A DNA stretch of 63,851 nt, filler included, from Guillardia theta CCMP2712 (GCF_000315625.1; 5 parts of 5 records of this genome joined end to end with filler, not necessarily neighbours in it), one strand, 5' to 3'. Numbered from the whole stretch's first letter, positions 24,239 through 38,200 are shown. Translations and numbers: made by a program. Notes: generated by a model not told the origin, from the letters alone.

Positions 24239-25283
24239 GAAGCATCCTCTTGAGGAACAACAGCCTCCATAAGGCGTTGGTGCGGCAGGGCATACCTTGA
24301 TACCTCGGGATTGCTTCATCGACCAACACCCACAGGTGCTCCTTCTCTGTCCACAGCTTTGCTTCCTCCACGCGCACCTTTCCTGGGCCCGTCGTCTTGC
24401 CAAACAGGTATCCCACAACACCAAGCAAGTTCCAGCTGTACGCGTGCAGGTCGATCGTCAAGACTTCCTGCTCGCATTTTGTTGGGTCAAGGTAATCGAT
24501 CCTGCGATCACACGCCTGGAGATCAAGATCGATGGCTGCATTGATCATGTGCGAGATGCCTCGTACAATCAGATATAAATCCTGTTCCTGGATGTATCCG
24601 AACAAGCAATAAAGCGATGTCTTTGGATTTCGTACGAAGTAGTCTACAGCACTCAGCGATTTCCCGCTCCCCGAGCATGCCTCGATCATACAAGTAACAA
24701 TCCCGGCTTTTCTTCCCGCTTCTGCTACTACTTTGTCGATGGGGTTCTTGTGGCTGAATGCTCCCGTTCTTGATCCCAGCACTTCGCCTAGGTATCTCTT
24801 CAGCGTGTCAACGACCTCTCCCAGCGCAATGCGATACTTGAGAGACACCGCATGCAACACTGCAGGAAAACATTCAGCGCTTCGCCTTTTCAAACCACCT
24901 CAACCCTCCGCACGGCAGCACACAATCTCAGCAAGTACAGGTTACCTTCCGTATCCAACCGCATAGGCAAAGATGCATCAAAGTCTGCACGCTTGCACTG
25001 ATTGAGGTACAAAGAGCGCTGCAAATCATCTACTAACTGGGTCTGATTCTTGGTTTGCGCATCAACTAGCTTCGCCTCCGCGACCTCGACCTCCCCTCTC
25101 AGCTTCGCCTTCGCGACCTCGACCTCCCCTCTCAGCTTCGCCTTCGCGACCTCGACCTCCTCTCTCAGCTCCGCCTTCGCGACCTCGACCTCCTCTCTCA
25201 GCTTCCTCGTCCTCTACCTTGCTGCCGCGATCTCCCTCTCGTCCCCAGCCTTGTTCGCTGCCCCCAGCTTCGCTTCCACGACC
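24239..25283 (-). pseudogene. Inverted partial copy of the NTPase gene 5' region
   Basis: Near-identical reverse complement of about 21590-22464. The translation matches up to LLFLKRML and then breaks. Confidence 0.9.
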
Positions 25284-25731
25284 TGAGATTGGAGATCATG
25301 ATGAGGAGCGGTAAGGGAATAGGTCGTAGATGTTCTAAGTGAGGTCAAGGTAATATTGGGTACGGTCGGACCCCAATTGGCCACGAGGATATCGGTGCGA
25401 GAGGCTATGGCGCCGGCAAAAACGAGGGATAACAAAGAGGGAGGAGGCGGGGGAGCGAGAGACAGGGAGGACATGGCGGCAGGGGGCGAAGGACACGATA
25501 CAGGCAAGTCGGCAGGCAAGCACGGCAGGGCAAACGAGCACAACCATGGCGATGAGAAGGTAAGTTAGGTCGCCCCCCAAAGCTCGTTGCTTGCCATGCT
25601 CATTTTGCCGACTTCCATCTTCTCCTTTTCCTGCTCTTGTTGATGTCCAACTTGATGTGCAATGATGAGAACGTGCTATCATCTCCCGTCCTTGAACGTA
25701 GCTACTTGTTTCATTTGGCACACTCCTCGGC

Positions 25732-27197
25732 ATGAGCCCCCCACCTCTCCCTATGGTTGAGCCAGCAGCTGCTGCCTTACCTCACGCGTGCTCGCAGGAC
25801 TTCGTCTTGGTCGATGTGTTCTCGCAAGTCGTCAAGGTTCCCATCAGGGCAGACACTTCGGTCTCAGACGTGTGCGACCACCTCGCATCGCTATACCCAG
25901 AGCTCACCCCTGAGCACCTGTACACTTGTGACGGCTGCGAGTTGATGATGGAGGACTTGCTGTGCAATGTGTGTGTAGCAGGAGAACACCTGCTGCTGGC
26001 GTTGGGAGCAACCGACGATGAGAGGAAACGGTCTACTGTGCTGAGCTCCCTCGGAATCTTCCATGGGGTTCCCAGGACTGCGTTTCAGCCGATGCCAGCG
26101 AGAGTGACGTCGTCGTCCTCATGTTCCCTCCTGACAGGTCAGTGTATCCTCAACCCGAGGATAGCCTCCTCCTTGAAGAAGCTCTACATAGCAGTAGAGG
26201 GAGAGTGCCATTCAAGCCTGACTTATGGGTTGAGGGCTGACTCTGCCCAGAAGCCGCGCGTTCTGACGAGTGTGTGTGTGGACACGTCGAGCTTGAAGCA
26301 TCTTGTCGTGGTCGGAGGAAAGTCAAACTTGAATAGCGTCGGGGACCTCGTCCGATGGGTGAGGGCGAGGATGGGAGGTATCCCTTCCTGGGTTCGCTTG
26401 CATGCGTACGTCTTCTCCAACCTAGGGAGTGATGTTCGCGAGGACGAGAGTGAGAAGGATTGGTTCGAGGAGCTGGATGACAGGTGAAGGAGTTGTTCTC
26501 GTCTTCATCACCTGGTGTTCTGCTGCCAGCACTGCCATCCCGGTGCTGTCCAAGAACGAGAATCTTCTCATCAGTACAGAGGTTACGCCAGGTTCAAGGA
26601 CAACATTAGCGACCTGATGCGAACTGACGTGAAATTGTTGATGTCAGTTGTGTTATCGAAGAAGGATTCATTGGTGTGGAAGACAACTCACGACGGAGGT
26701 CAGGCGATGTACGGAAAGAAGGCCCTTGCCTTCGATCCCTTGAGGTTGGACGATTTCAGCTGCCTCGTCGAGAGCCTGGTACCGATCCCACGACCTCTTG
26801 TCCGATGTTGGGGTAAACTGTCACCACAGGCCGACTCCTTCAATTTTTTACACAAGATGCAGCTGTGTGCTACGGAGGTAGCAGGGGTGGGGACATTTCT
26901 CAACGGGGAGGTTCGTTTCAATGGTATCCCAGTGGAAATTCCGTCCTTGCAGGATCTGAGGATCACGTTGCGGATCACCTCGCGCTCCGAGTCAGCGCAC
27001 AACGGGGGGAAGAGCCTTGTACTGAGGCCTTACTTTGGGGACGAGAGTGTCTGGTGTCACCTCCCCCCTCACGGCCACGTCCTTCCCTTCTTCTTCACCG
27101 CTGGGCCTAACATGATCTTCACTCCGTGCTTGGAAACGGTCCTGCCTGCCTGCCAGCCTGCCTGCCTGCCTACCTGCCTGTCATTCTCTTCTTCCTC

Positions 27198-27233
<36 letters not shown>

Positions 27234-27540
27234 GTTGTCGTTGCGTTTTCTCAGCATTCCTTGATTGTATAAAGTCCCTGCTCGTTATGTGTGCGCTGGA
27301 GAAGCTTTCTCTTTCATCTGACGTCAATCGCAGATTGACGTGCTCAGCTGGGCGACGTCTCCTCAGATCAAAGTACTTGTTGTTTTCCCACAAAAATGTT
27401 CTTCTCACTGCTGTATCAGTCTTTCTCGAAGGACGATCTCATCATTCTCATTTCGAGAATATCAGCGCCCAGGTATGACAACAACAAACCTTCCTCTATC
27501 CGACTACAAACGCACCTACAAGTATGTCGGAGAAGCGTAA
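25732..27540 (+). CDS. Multi-exon hypothetical protein, possible N-terminal ubiquitin-like fold
   Basis: Long ORFs 25732-26487 and 26515-27264 have plausible splice sites. VKVPIRADTSVSDV...LYTCDGCELMMEDLL weakly resembles a Ubl domain. A (GT)n run lies at 27200-27232. Confidence 0.4.
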
Positions 27541-28029
27541 TCTACCCGCTCCTTCTATGTAAATTCTCTCTCAGCATACTTCACTACTTCACTTGACTGA
27601 TCGCTCAGTCGCTTTCACTGTCCGAGGCTGCTGTTGAGAGTCCGTCCGCGATCCATTGCCACCGTAGCTCGGGGGACTATCACACGTGGGAGAAGCCTCG
27701 GATCGGATCTAGTATCGTCATGCCGACTAACTTGCCATGAACTTTCAGCTTTCGGGCCCGTGACTTGGAGTAAACTTGCCTCGAGAATCCGGGCCGGGCC
27801 CCGGCCGACCGTCCGACCGCCGACCGGGTCACCGTCGGGGCGGCCGGGCCGCGCCGGTCACTGGGGCCCGGGGGGGCCGGTTTACAAGCCGCGCCCGAGG
27901 CTCTATAGAGGGGGTGTACTTTCAAATCGGACCCCTCCACGTGAAATTGAGAGCGGGCATTTCAAATAGAACCTCCAATCCTCCTGCTCCGCTCCAAATC
28001 CCCTCGAAATCAAGCGCCATTCGAGCAGC

Positions 28030-29116
28030 ATGTCAGGCAACAGATCCAAGCGAAGGCGCGATGCCGAGATGCACGAGAGCAGACCCTCAAGGCAAAGGAC
28101 GCGTCAAGGACATGTCCAGGATCTACATACCCCACCTGAAGAGGAAGCGGTGGAGCTGAACCCATGGAATGCTCGAGGGAACGAGAGGGAGATCGCCGCG
28201 ACGGAGGTAACGGAGATGAGGAAGAGACTACAAGCAGCGCGAGAAAGCCGCGATGGAGAGAAGATAGCCTTTGCAGAGATAGATTTAGCGAAGGCGAAGC
28301 TGGGAGCAGCGAACAAGGCTGGGGACGAGAGGGTGATCGCGGCAGCAAAAGTCGAGGTCGCGGAGGCGAAGCTGAGAGGAGAGGTCGAGGTCGCGGAGGC
28401 GAAACTGGGAGAAGCGAACAAGGCTGGGGACGAGAGGGTGATCGCGGCGGCGAAAGTCAAGGTCGCGGAGGCGAAGCTGAGAGGGGAGGTCGAGGTCGCG
28501 GAGGCGAAGCTGAGAGAGGAGGTCGAGGTCGCGAAGGCGAAGCAGAGAGGGGAGGTCGAGGTCGCGGAGGCGAAGCTGGGAGCAGCGAACAAGGCTGGGG
28601 ACGAGAGGGTGATCGCGGCGGCGAAAGTCAAGGTCGCGGACGAGAGGGTGATCGCGGCGGCGAAAGTCAAGGTCGCGGAGGCGAAGCTGAGAGGGGAGGT
28701 CGAGGTCGCGGAGGCGAAACTGGGAGAAGCGAACAAGGCTGGGGACGAGAGGAAGATCGCGGCGGCGAAAGTCAAGGTCGCGGAGGCGAAGCAGAGAGGG
28801 GAGGTCGAGGTCGCGGAGGCGAAGCTGAGAGAGGAGGTCGAGGTCGCGAAGGCGAAGCTGGGAGGGGAGGTCGAGGTCGCGGAGGCGAAGCTGGGAGCAG
28901 CGAACAAGGCTGGGGACGAGAGGAAGATCGCGGCGGCGAAAGTCAAGGTCGCGGAGGCGAAGCAGAGAGGGGAGGTCGAGGTCGCGGAGGCGAAGCAGAG
29001 AGGGGAGGTCGAGGTCGCGGAGGCGAAGCAGAGAGGGGAGGTCGAGGTCGCGAAGGCGAAGCTGGGAGCAGCGAACAAGGCTGGGGACGAGAGGGAGATC
29101 GAGGCGGCGATAGTCG
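28030..29116 (+). CDS. 5' part of CR-like gene: EVEVAEAK/GAANKAGDER coiled-coil repeat region
   Basis: Open frame from ATG 28030 to the gap. The last about 190 bp match the contig start (about 21359-21549). Confidence 0.8.
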
Positions 29117-29217
29117 NNNNNNNNNNNNNNNNNNNNNNNNNNNNNNNNNNNNNNNNNNNNTTAATTAATTAANNNNNNNNNNNNNNNNNNNNNNNNNNNN
29201 NNNNNNNNNNNNNNNNA

Positions 29218-31657
29218 GTTGCCTCTCCTCACCTTGGCCTTCGGTCGCCACCTACTCCTCCTCCATTCAGCTTCCTCAGCCTCAGTCAGAAGAGTTGCCT
29301 CTCCTCACCTTGGCCTTCGGTCGCCTCCACCTTCTCTACTTACCTTGAGCTCAGCTCAAGCTCGGTACGGGCTCGCCCCGTCTTCTTCCTCGCCCTCGCC
29401 TTGCTCTTCCTCCATGTCTTCCTCTTCTTCGCCATCTTCCCTCATCTCCACTCGCAGTCGGTCCTTCTTGTCCACCTTCAGCGAGCAGGCCAGCACATGC
29501 ATCTCTGCGAATTTACTCAGTGCTATGAACAGGAAGCTAAGAGATCGACGCTCTATGTCGTCGCTCTCCGCCTCCTGCTCAAGCTCAGCAGCTGCCGTTG
29601 CCCGTGGCGAGAACGCGCTGCCCCTCCTTGCCTTCTTGCTCTCTCCTTGCACGCGAGTCCAGCGCTTGCTCTGCAGCCACTTCCCCAGCTTCTCCTTGAG
29701 AACGTTGCGCCCAACTCCCTGCTCCTCTGGCATCTTCGCCCACTCTCCCAGCGACATGAACTCCAGGCTCCCCGGAGAGTAGAAGGTGTCGTGGAGGTTG
29801 CCAACGGCCTTGTCCAGGACCAGCTTGATCGGCTCGCTCGTCCCTGCCTCGTTCAAAGAAGCTGCATCTTCGATGACTGCTGACAGCTCGCTGACGAGCT
29901 GCATGTCCTCTTGGCTTGACGGAGATGCTGCCTCCATTGTGATCCTCTCCAGGTCTGTAAACTCCAGCCACTCTCCCTCGCTCTCCTCCTGTCGCTGCGC
30001 TGCGTCGCTGGTGCCCCGCTGACCAGCCGCCTCAGAGTCAGGCTCCTTGTCGAAGCCGACTGCTTCGAGCTTGGTGGCTGCGCCTTCGAGATAGAAGGGC
30101 AGCTCCTTCATCATGCGTCGAGCATCCTCCGTGGAGCCGAGGAGGATGCATAGCTTGGACCCGTTCCAGGACTTGGTGTTCAAATCCTCCTCCATGTCGA
30201 TGCCTTCAACGTTGATCTCGAGCCTGTTAGCGATCTCCAACAAGACTCTCTTGACTCTTGCGATAGACGTGTTGCCGCCGTTGCACAGCCCCTCCATCTC
30301 CTTCCTCGTGAAGCGACCAGATGCCGCCGTCGACTTGATGATGATCTTGATCTCCTTGCCGTCCTTGCCGCCTGCCTTCTTCTGCATCCTTGATGCCTTC
30401 TTCAACTTATTTCTGGACACAAAGCGATCGGCTGTCAACTCGACTGCGAGCGCCTCTCTGATCTTCGGGTCCTCGCTGAACAGAGTCAGGTGTACTCCCT
30501 CCATCGCTTCGCTCTCTCGGAAAGCTCGAAATGCTGTATCATTCGCCTCTGGGCAGCTCGAGGAGACGATCCACTCCACCTCCCTCTGTCTCCAGATGAC
30601 GTTGGCCCCTACAGCGATGAAGCCTTTCTGACCTAAGCCTTTGTGGACTTGCTGTCCTGGCGCCCCAGCGACCAGCATGCCTGCCAGCGGCTGGAGTTGG
30701 ACCGCTGCAAGGGACTGGCGCAGCAGCTGATAGCGATAGACGGCAGCTATCTCAGCCGTTGTCATGCCGCCCAAGGTTAGCAGGTGAGTCAGCTCTGCCA
30801 AGCTGCCCCCTTTGCCCCAGGGTCCTCTCTTGGCTCGAATCTTGAAAGATCGATCGTGCACGATGCTCACATGTACAGCTGTGAACTTGCGACCATCGAT
30901 CGCGAAGTCCTCTCTTCCCTGCCAGAGCTTCTCCGCTTGTGCATTGCGGAGGAAGGAAACAGTCACCGGGATCTCCTCAGCACTCGCTATCTCGGGTCTA
31001 TACGGAGCCTTCCACATGATTGCTTTACTCTCTTGCACTGAGTCTACGATCAGTCCGCTCTCTTCAAATTTCTTCTTCAGCTTTTCTTCATGGTTGACAT
31101 ACACCGAGGAGATGCCCAGGAGAGTCATGGAGATGAAGGAAGTCACCTCGTTGCCTGCTGAGGCGGTGTATGTCTCGACCTTCTCCTTCTTGGCTTCTTC
31201 AATCTGCTGCATAAACCACTCTCTGGATGCGTCACTCCATCCAGCCATCGCTTCTTGTAGAAGCTCACGTCGTGCCTGCTGACATGTCGAGCGGATGGCT
31301 TCTGCGATAGCGTCGGGGGTGCATCCCTCCACAGCCTTGCAAGCCTGGGCTGTCCTGCTGTTCGGATAACGCTTCGCGAAGCTCTTCACCCTCTCGACGA
31401 GATCAGCTTCGAGGACAGAGGCATCCACAAGTCCGCTCTGCGTGTATTGGCATGATCTCCGATACAGCAGGTTGCGAACATTTTCATCATACTGAAGAAC
31501 CATACTTAGAAAGCTATTTGAAGTATACAAACCTCTTGCTTGCAGCTTCCTTGGCGCCCTGGCGGCTTCCCCTACACCTGACGAGGAGCCATGCTGCCGA
31601 AAATAACGGCGCCTCTGCCGAAAATAACGGCGCCTCTGCCGAAAATAACGGCGCCTC
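29218..31657 (-). mobile_element. Telomere-inserted retroelement D: ORF1 (29356-31530, about 724 aa) followed by about 76-bp 3' repeats, no ORF2 seen
   Basis: ORF is colinear with ORF1 39756-41867 (YPxSRT, WxAP, GxLAExxHLL, GRFTRxE, SWNG, LxLDxAxxxLxDxxxSPG). The 5' end abuts telomeric repeats via three 21-bp repeats. The 3' end is lost in a gap. Confidence 0.8.
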
Positions 31658-31690
31658 CTAACCCTAAACCCTAACCCTAGTAGTAGTAGT
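31656..31690 (-). repeat. Telomeric tract (mixed TTAGGG/TTTAGGG) fused to the (ACT)n tail of element A
   Basis: CCTAACCCTAAACCCTAACCCT|AGTAGTAGTAGT, with AATAAA (minus strand) at about 31696-31701. Confidence 0.92.
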
Positions 31691-32246
31691 CGATTTTTAT
31701 TAGAATGCTAGAATAGTCGCATCGGGTACCTTCCCGGTCTAGTCTAGTCTAAATGGGTTCTCACGCTTGGCAGAGCGGCCCTTCTTGGATGGCCCGTTGT
31801 GGCATCCAGAGTTCTATCGCTGTTCCGCTGTTTCTGTTGTTTCCATAGTCCTCCGTTCCGAGCCGCCGGTGCCGTATCTCCTCCGGGCCCGGGTTGACGG
31901 TTTCAGTGTAACCGTCCACCTTTCTATTTTTTGCGCTAAGTCCATGTCCCTTCCCTGCCTGCCGCTTGTGAAGCTTCCCCATCGGTCTGTCCTCGTTGCC
32001 CTTTCCCCTGTCGTCATCCATCTGTCTCCTGTGTCCTAGCCCCTTCCTTGCCATGTTGGTTGTTTTTCGCCTGTGAGGCTTCACCTTCGGTCTGTCCGTT
32101 GACCGTTGCCCTTTCGTCTCCCATCTGTCTTCTGTGTCCTTGCCCCTTCCCTGCCATGCTGATCCTGGTTGCTTGCTTTTGAGGCTTCCCTTTTGATCCT
32201 TCCTCGTTGATCTTTACCCAGTCATCTTCCAACCATCTTATATCCT

Positions 32247-35200
32247 TCATGCTTGTTCTCTGTTAGTCGTGTCTCCTCGTCTCCTTGAGGTCCACAGCAT
32301 GTGTTGCACTTCGAGCAGCTGGATGACTATCTTGGTCATGGCTCTGTCAATCATATCCTCGTCCATGAGCAAGTTCCGGAAATTTGTGGTCCATTCCCGC
32401 TCCATAATACTGCCTCTCACTCCTGCAATGAACGTGGCTTGTAAGACCTCTGTGTTGTCGCTCCTGCTTGTCATCTCTGCCCGCAGTGCTGCATATTTCT
32501 GTTCTTTCTCCTGAAACTTTGCTTTCAGGTTTGCCAGACTGCTTCCCTCGCCCGTGAACTCTGAAGTTCTCGCTATCTCCACCAGCACAATGCGATTGCT
32601 CCCTCTGAAGTAGCAGAGCCCATCTGGTATGAGATTGCCGTGCTCTGGTGCAGTCAGTCCTAGCCCTGTCATAGAGTTGATTGGCGTTTGCCACCAACTC
32701 TCCTGTTCAACACTTTTCTTCTTCCAGCTTTCTTTCAGGCATCCCTTGATTGTCTCCATTACTCTGTTGTGTGCCAACGCGATCATGAGCTCAAATTCTT
32801 TGCAGGCTAGCTGAACATGCACCCAGCTTTCTTCCCTGCCTTCGCACCATGGGCAACAGGGGGATGTCGTCTTCTTCCACTGGAACAGCTTTTTCCTCGT
32901 TGGTGCTGACCAGGTAATGGCTTGGATAGCTGTCCGAAGTACTGATCCGCGACACCTCTGTAAGGCTCGACCTAGGATCCTTCTGCCCACTTGTGGTTCC
33001 AGGAGAAAGGTTTCCGTCAAGGTGAGGGGGGCTTCTTTCCTCCTCAGTTCCAGTTGTTCTTCTCTGATTATCTTATCCCATATTTTCAATCGATCCATCC
33101 CCGGCTTGAAGTTCTCTTCGTCTGCAATGCAGAATCCCAAGTCGCTGTCGATGAGGGCCCGTTCCCACGTGGAGGAGAAGGAGGATTTTCCCTTGCGGGC
33201 TTCTTCTGCAGCTTCTTGCACTACGGTGTGGTCTGTGATCATAGAGAGGTTGATCTCAATGCCCTCCCGCTGAAATTTGCTCAGGCATTCCTGCAGTCTT
33301 CCTGCCAAGTCGTGTACGAGCTCGTCTTCATACTGCATGGTAGACCATCTGAGGGTGTCCGTAAGAAAGCGATGCATTCGGGTTGATTTAAAGAGGACGA
33401 AGATTTTCCTGATTGTTTTCTGTTTGCCTCTTTGTTCCCAAATCGCTTGTAGGAGTATGCAGAGTGCGATGGTATGTGCTCTGATGACGCTGCATTTTCC
33501 GTGTATCTTGATCGCTCCGCGTTCCTGCTCTCCTTCCTTGTCTTGCGTGCTGTATCCTATCGACATTGATCGACCCTTCCTGTTTCGTGATATGTCGCCG
33601 TGGATTGCGGACCACACTTGGTTCCTGTTCTTCTCCTGTTTGGCCGAGGCTTGATAGTTTTCGTTTTGCTTCCTTCGGTATTCTTGTAGCTCCTCCTGTT
33701 CAGGGATCAGGTGTACTGTGAGTTGGACAATTATTCTCTCTTGTTCCGACTCCTTGCAGTAGACAATCAGGTCGTCTTGTGACTTCCTGAGGCTCCGATC
33801 GCCCGTCCTCCAGAAATTTGCAGCGTAGCATATTTCTGATCCTTTAGGTACCTTACCGACTAGCATGAAGCCGTCAGGGATTTCTTTCCTGAAGCAAGTT
33901 TGGTTCCATCCGATCAAGATTGTTCCAGACTCGCATGCGGCGTAGCTGAGGTATTGTTCCTGTTGGTCGATCCATATTATTTCACGTCGAACCTCGTCTT
34001 CCTGCAAGCTATCGGTTGCGGCCTGGATTGTCGGGTGATAGAGGGTGGGCCAGTTGCTGAACTGTTTTGTTTCAGCGAGCATCCCCAAGTGTTCTAGAAA
34101 TTCGTACGACAGCGGAAGGCCTTGTTGTCTATCTCGAATTTCAGCCATGGCGGTGGTTAGATGTTCCCACCAAGCTTGCGAGTTGAGTGAGCTGTTATGT
34201 GTTTTGCTGATATACTTAGCAATTTGCAGTAGGATCTCTGTCTTCTCTGGGTTCTTGGCTCCATCGTCATCTTCTTTCCTCGCAAATGGCGCCGAGCGAA
34301 GGGAAGGTTCAGCTTCTTTGATGTCTTGTTCTTGGCCCGTGTGACTTCTGGGCCGGTCCATGATTGCTATGTCGCCCTTGATTTTGAAACTTTCCTTACC
34401 TTTTAGGATTAGGTGTTCCTGTTGATCCAGATTGCCTAGTAGTTTAGCCATGAGGGATCTTGTGTTTGCATGAGCTGGGTGTGGCCTTCTCTCTTCTGCT
34501 GCTTCCCGATGCTTTTTGGATGTCTCCTCCCGGTCCTCCTCTGATTGCGGGTGTGACTTTCGTTTTCGGGTTGTAGCACTATCCTGCGAGGCAACCTCTC
34601 GTCTTTTCCTCTTTGTTCCTGATGCTCTGTTGACGCTGCTTACCCAGATGACATTTTCTTGTAGCAGTTGCATTACGATCCCCTCCGCCTCCTCGCGTTG
34701 CCTTGGGAAAGGCCAGAGCTTCCTTGGCAAATGCAGTTCTTCGTCAGCGATAGGTCGTATATTGCGTAGCAAGGAGAATTGGAGTTTCGGGAGTTGCCTC
34801 CATAAGGCTTGGAAGGTCGTCCAGCCTTGTGGTCTGTCGCTGTCGTTCAAGTTTGCCACCATATCCTCCATCCTATGAAGGAGGGAGATGCTTCCAGGTA
34901 GGTGACCTGCTTCTATGTGGGCCCAGCTGATCCTCGTGTTTAGTTTTTCCGCCAGCCAGACTGCTAAAGCTTCGGGTCCCCGCACCACATCACGCTCCAT
35001 AGTTCGAAAATTCATTTCTCTTTGGAGCTCGAGGATTGTTTGGCATCCCCATTCCGCAAACCAGTTTCTGAGTTTAGATATCAGTCTATCTTGGATGTCT
35101 CCACCATGCTTACTATTCACTTCTCGTTCGATGTATCGTAGCGCTGCTCGCCCTAGGATTGGGGCAGGATGAGGGACCTGCAGCCCTCCATTCTCTGTTG

Positions 35201-38200
35201 GCAGGTAGAATATACCATTCCCTGTACTTTTGCTTAGGCCTAACGCTTTTTTAAAAGCTCGTATCCACAGTTGATCTAATTCTTGTAGGTCTCGCCAAGT
35301 CCATCCAGTCATGACTGCGGAGTAGCGAAAGACGTTGAGAATTCCAACTTTCACCAGGTAAAATTTTTGCGCAGGAGTATAACTCGACGAGCTGATATTG
35401 TTGATCAGTTCTTTGGTTTTTTCAAAGACGTATGCTCGTTCTCCCCAAGTGAAAGGGCAGCCCTTTATTCTTCGTCTTTCTTCCTTCCACAGAGAGATGC
35501 GATAGCCGAGATATTTGAACGGTTTAGTAGCCGGTAGGGCTTCGACAGGTTCCCCCATGACCGTTATTTTGTTCGCACCAGGAACCTCTCCCTTGCGAGC
35601 ATAGTCGAAGCTGGTTATCTCTGATTTCTTATTGTTGATTTGCAGTCCTGACCATTTGCAGAAGGAATCCACCACTGCTACCAATTCTCGCATTTCTTTC
35701 ATCGTGTGTGCGATGAGTACCATGTCATCGGCGAAGGACAGGTTGTTTGTTGTTCCTGTGCTGCACTTGTCCAATTGCCTAGAGAGGATGCATAGCACCA
35801 AGTTGGCCAGTTGTGGGCTACTTGCTCCACCTTGAGGCAGCCCGATCATTAGAGGTATTTTCCCTGTGTTGAACTCGTTTGTTTGTATTTGCAGTTCGAC
35901 TCCACTGTTGCAGGCTATCACAGTTCTAATGTCCTCAGGATGGAAGCCTAGGCTGTTCATTGCCTGCTCGACCACCTCGATTGCCACATTGTTAAAGAAG
36001 TTCGCAAAGTCCAGGTACAAGAGAATTAGGGACGTTTTGGCCTCTTCTGCTTCTTCTACGATCGAGATCAGTCGATGAGCCTGCCGACTTGTGCTTCTGC
36101 CTGGACGGAACCCCTCCTGGAAGTTTGTGAGGACGTTGTTTGCTTCTACTGTCTTACTCAGACGATGCGCCAGGATTGCCTGAACCAGCCGAGTAAGCGT
36201 TGACATGACGCATATAGGCCGCATGTTTTCGAGAATGTGACAGAATTGATTTTTTGGCAGGAGGCGTACTCTCGCTGTCTTGTTGAGAACCTCAGCTTTG
36301 CCTTCTAGGGCTGCATTGACTAACTTGCCAACTTCCTCTCGGCATGCTGGTGGCAGCGCTCGCAGCACTTCGTTCGAAATGAGGTCAAGTCCTGCAGCCT
36401 TTCGTCTCGGCGCCGAGGCGAGCCAGACATCAATCTCTCCCGGTGCCAGGGGTCTGGTGATTTCCTGTTGTTGTCTCCTTGAAAGCTGCACCCCCTCAGG
36501 CGGTGTGATCCGTCTTGGGGCCACGGTTGTGAACGACTTACATTTTGTGCAGTACGGGGTCATCCCTCCCCCTCCGATGGTCTCGTCGCTTGAGTCAGCC
36601 AAGGGGAGCATACATCCGATGTTTGAGCATTTTGAGCAGGTCCCTTGTTTCGTGCATGCGTTGACGCTGAAGAAGAATCGTGTATGGTCCGCGTCCTCAA
36701 GCTCTCTAACCTTCTGCATTGGGAGATGATCCGTGAGATCACGGTATCCTGCTATCTCCCATGTTGTTTTATCCGATTCTTCCAGTGCTACAATTGCTTT
36801 CGTGATTGTGTTTGCAGGTAGCAGTGATAGAAAGAGCCAGTCATCTGTCCCCTCTCGCTCGATCCCAATCATCAGTTGCTGGTTTGCACTCCAAAATGCT
36901 CTAACACCCCTCGTGTCTTCGCTAGATAGGGTTGCTTCGAGTTGGTTGATGAGCTCGTCGGCATTGTCGACTATCTTGCCGAGCAGTCTAAGAGCCAAGC
37001 CTTTGTGGCAACGAAGGGAGTTAGGGTGTTTTTTCTTGATGTCTTGACTTATCATCGGTTCTTTGGGAGTGAAATCATTCTTGCGTCCCATTGCATTCTG
37101 GGATTCACGGCTGCCTACCGTGCCAAGCCGTGTTTGCTGCTGTTGGCAGATCTCTTGGAAAACTTCGTTGTTTTGTTCTTCACATATCGTTCTGAACCTC
37201 TCGATCTTAGTTCGCAATTCTCGTTGTAATGTAGCTTCCGTAGGTACTCCAGTCGCTGGTCTTTTCTGTGATGCTTCCCTAAGTTTAGTCCGCAAGTTGC
37301 GGATCGATCTCTTCAAATCCATTTGTTCTTTGTTCGCGTGTCGCCTCCCTCCCTTTCTGATTTTTACCTCCTTTAGTGGTAGAGAGTTGGCGAGCATCTC
37401 ACAAATGTTACATTCTTGCGCCTTAGCTCGCATGTCTCGTATGTTTGCATCTAGTTGTTGCGCCCATTCGATCTTCTTCTCCTCCCACGTATCGCGATCC
37501 AGCACCCATCTGCTTTTAGGGGTTTCCCCCCTCTTCTGTCGTGAATTCATCTGATGCACTTCCACTCGTGGGATTAGCTGCGTCTCCTCGGATGTGAACT
37601 TGGTGTGCACTTGCACCACCAGGGCTCTGTGATCAACTGCTCCCCCTATCACACAGCCGTCGACCGTCCACGATTGAAGGGAGATGTTGGGGAAGTTGTC
37701 CTCATTAGTTGGGGGGTGGATAGCGAGGACTGCGTCGAGTTTGGCTTCTATCAATTCTTGTTTGTACCATGTTGAGAAGGTAAATGTTGTCCCAGTCTCG
37801 CTGATCTGTTCATATGAGAGTGTACGGTGTGCGGAAAGGTCTGCCAGGAATTTCTCGAATCTCTCATCTGCTTTTGCGGTGATAGATGAGGGGGAATATC
37901 CTCTCCGCATTGGTGTTGTTGTGTTGGTTCTTGCTGCATTAAAGTCTCCGGCTATGATGTGTGTCTCTCTCGTTCCCAGAGCGAGGTGTAGCAGCTCTGC
38001 CCACAGTTCCCCTTGCTCTCGAATCGCATTTTCCGCCGGTACCTGATGGAGGTTCGTGACTACGAAAGAATTTTTCCCTGTTCCGACTTTGATCGAAAAC
38101 ACTCGGTTTCGATATTTCTTTTCTTTGTTGCACGCCTGAGCGGCATGGGAAGGGGAAGGCGAGAGGGAAGCGTGGACCAGCGTTACCAACCTCAGGTCTC

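Noticed and set aside
23687-24270. Repetitive minus-strand ORFs
   Set aside because: Translations of the 23-bp minisatellite.
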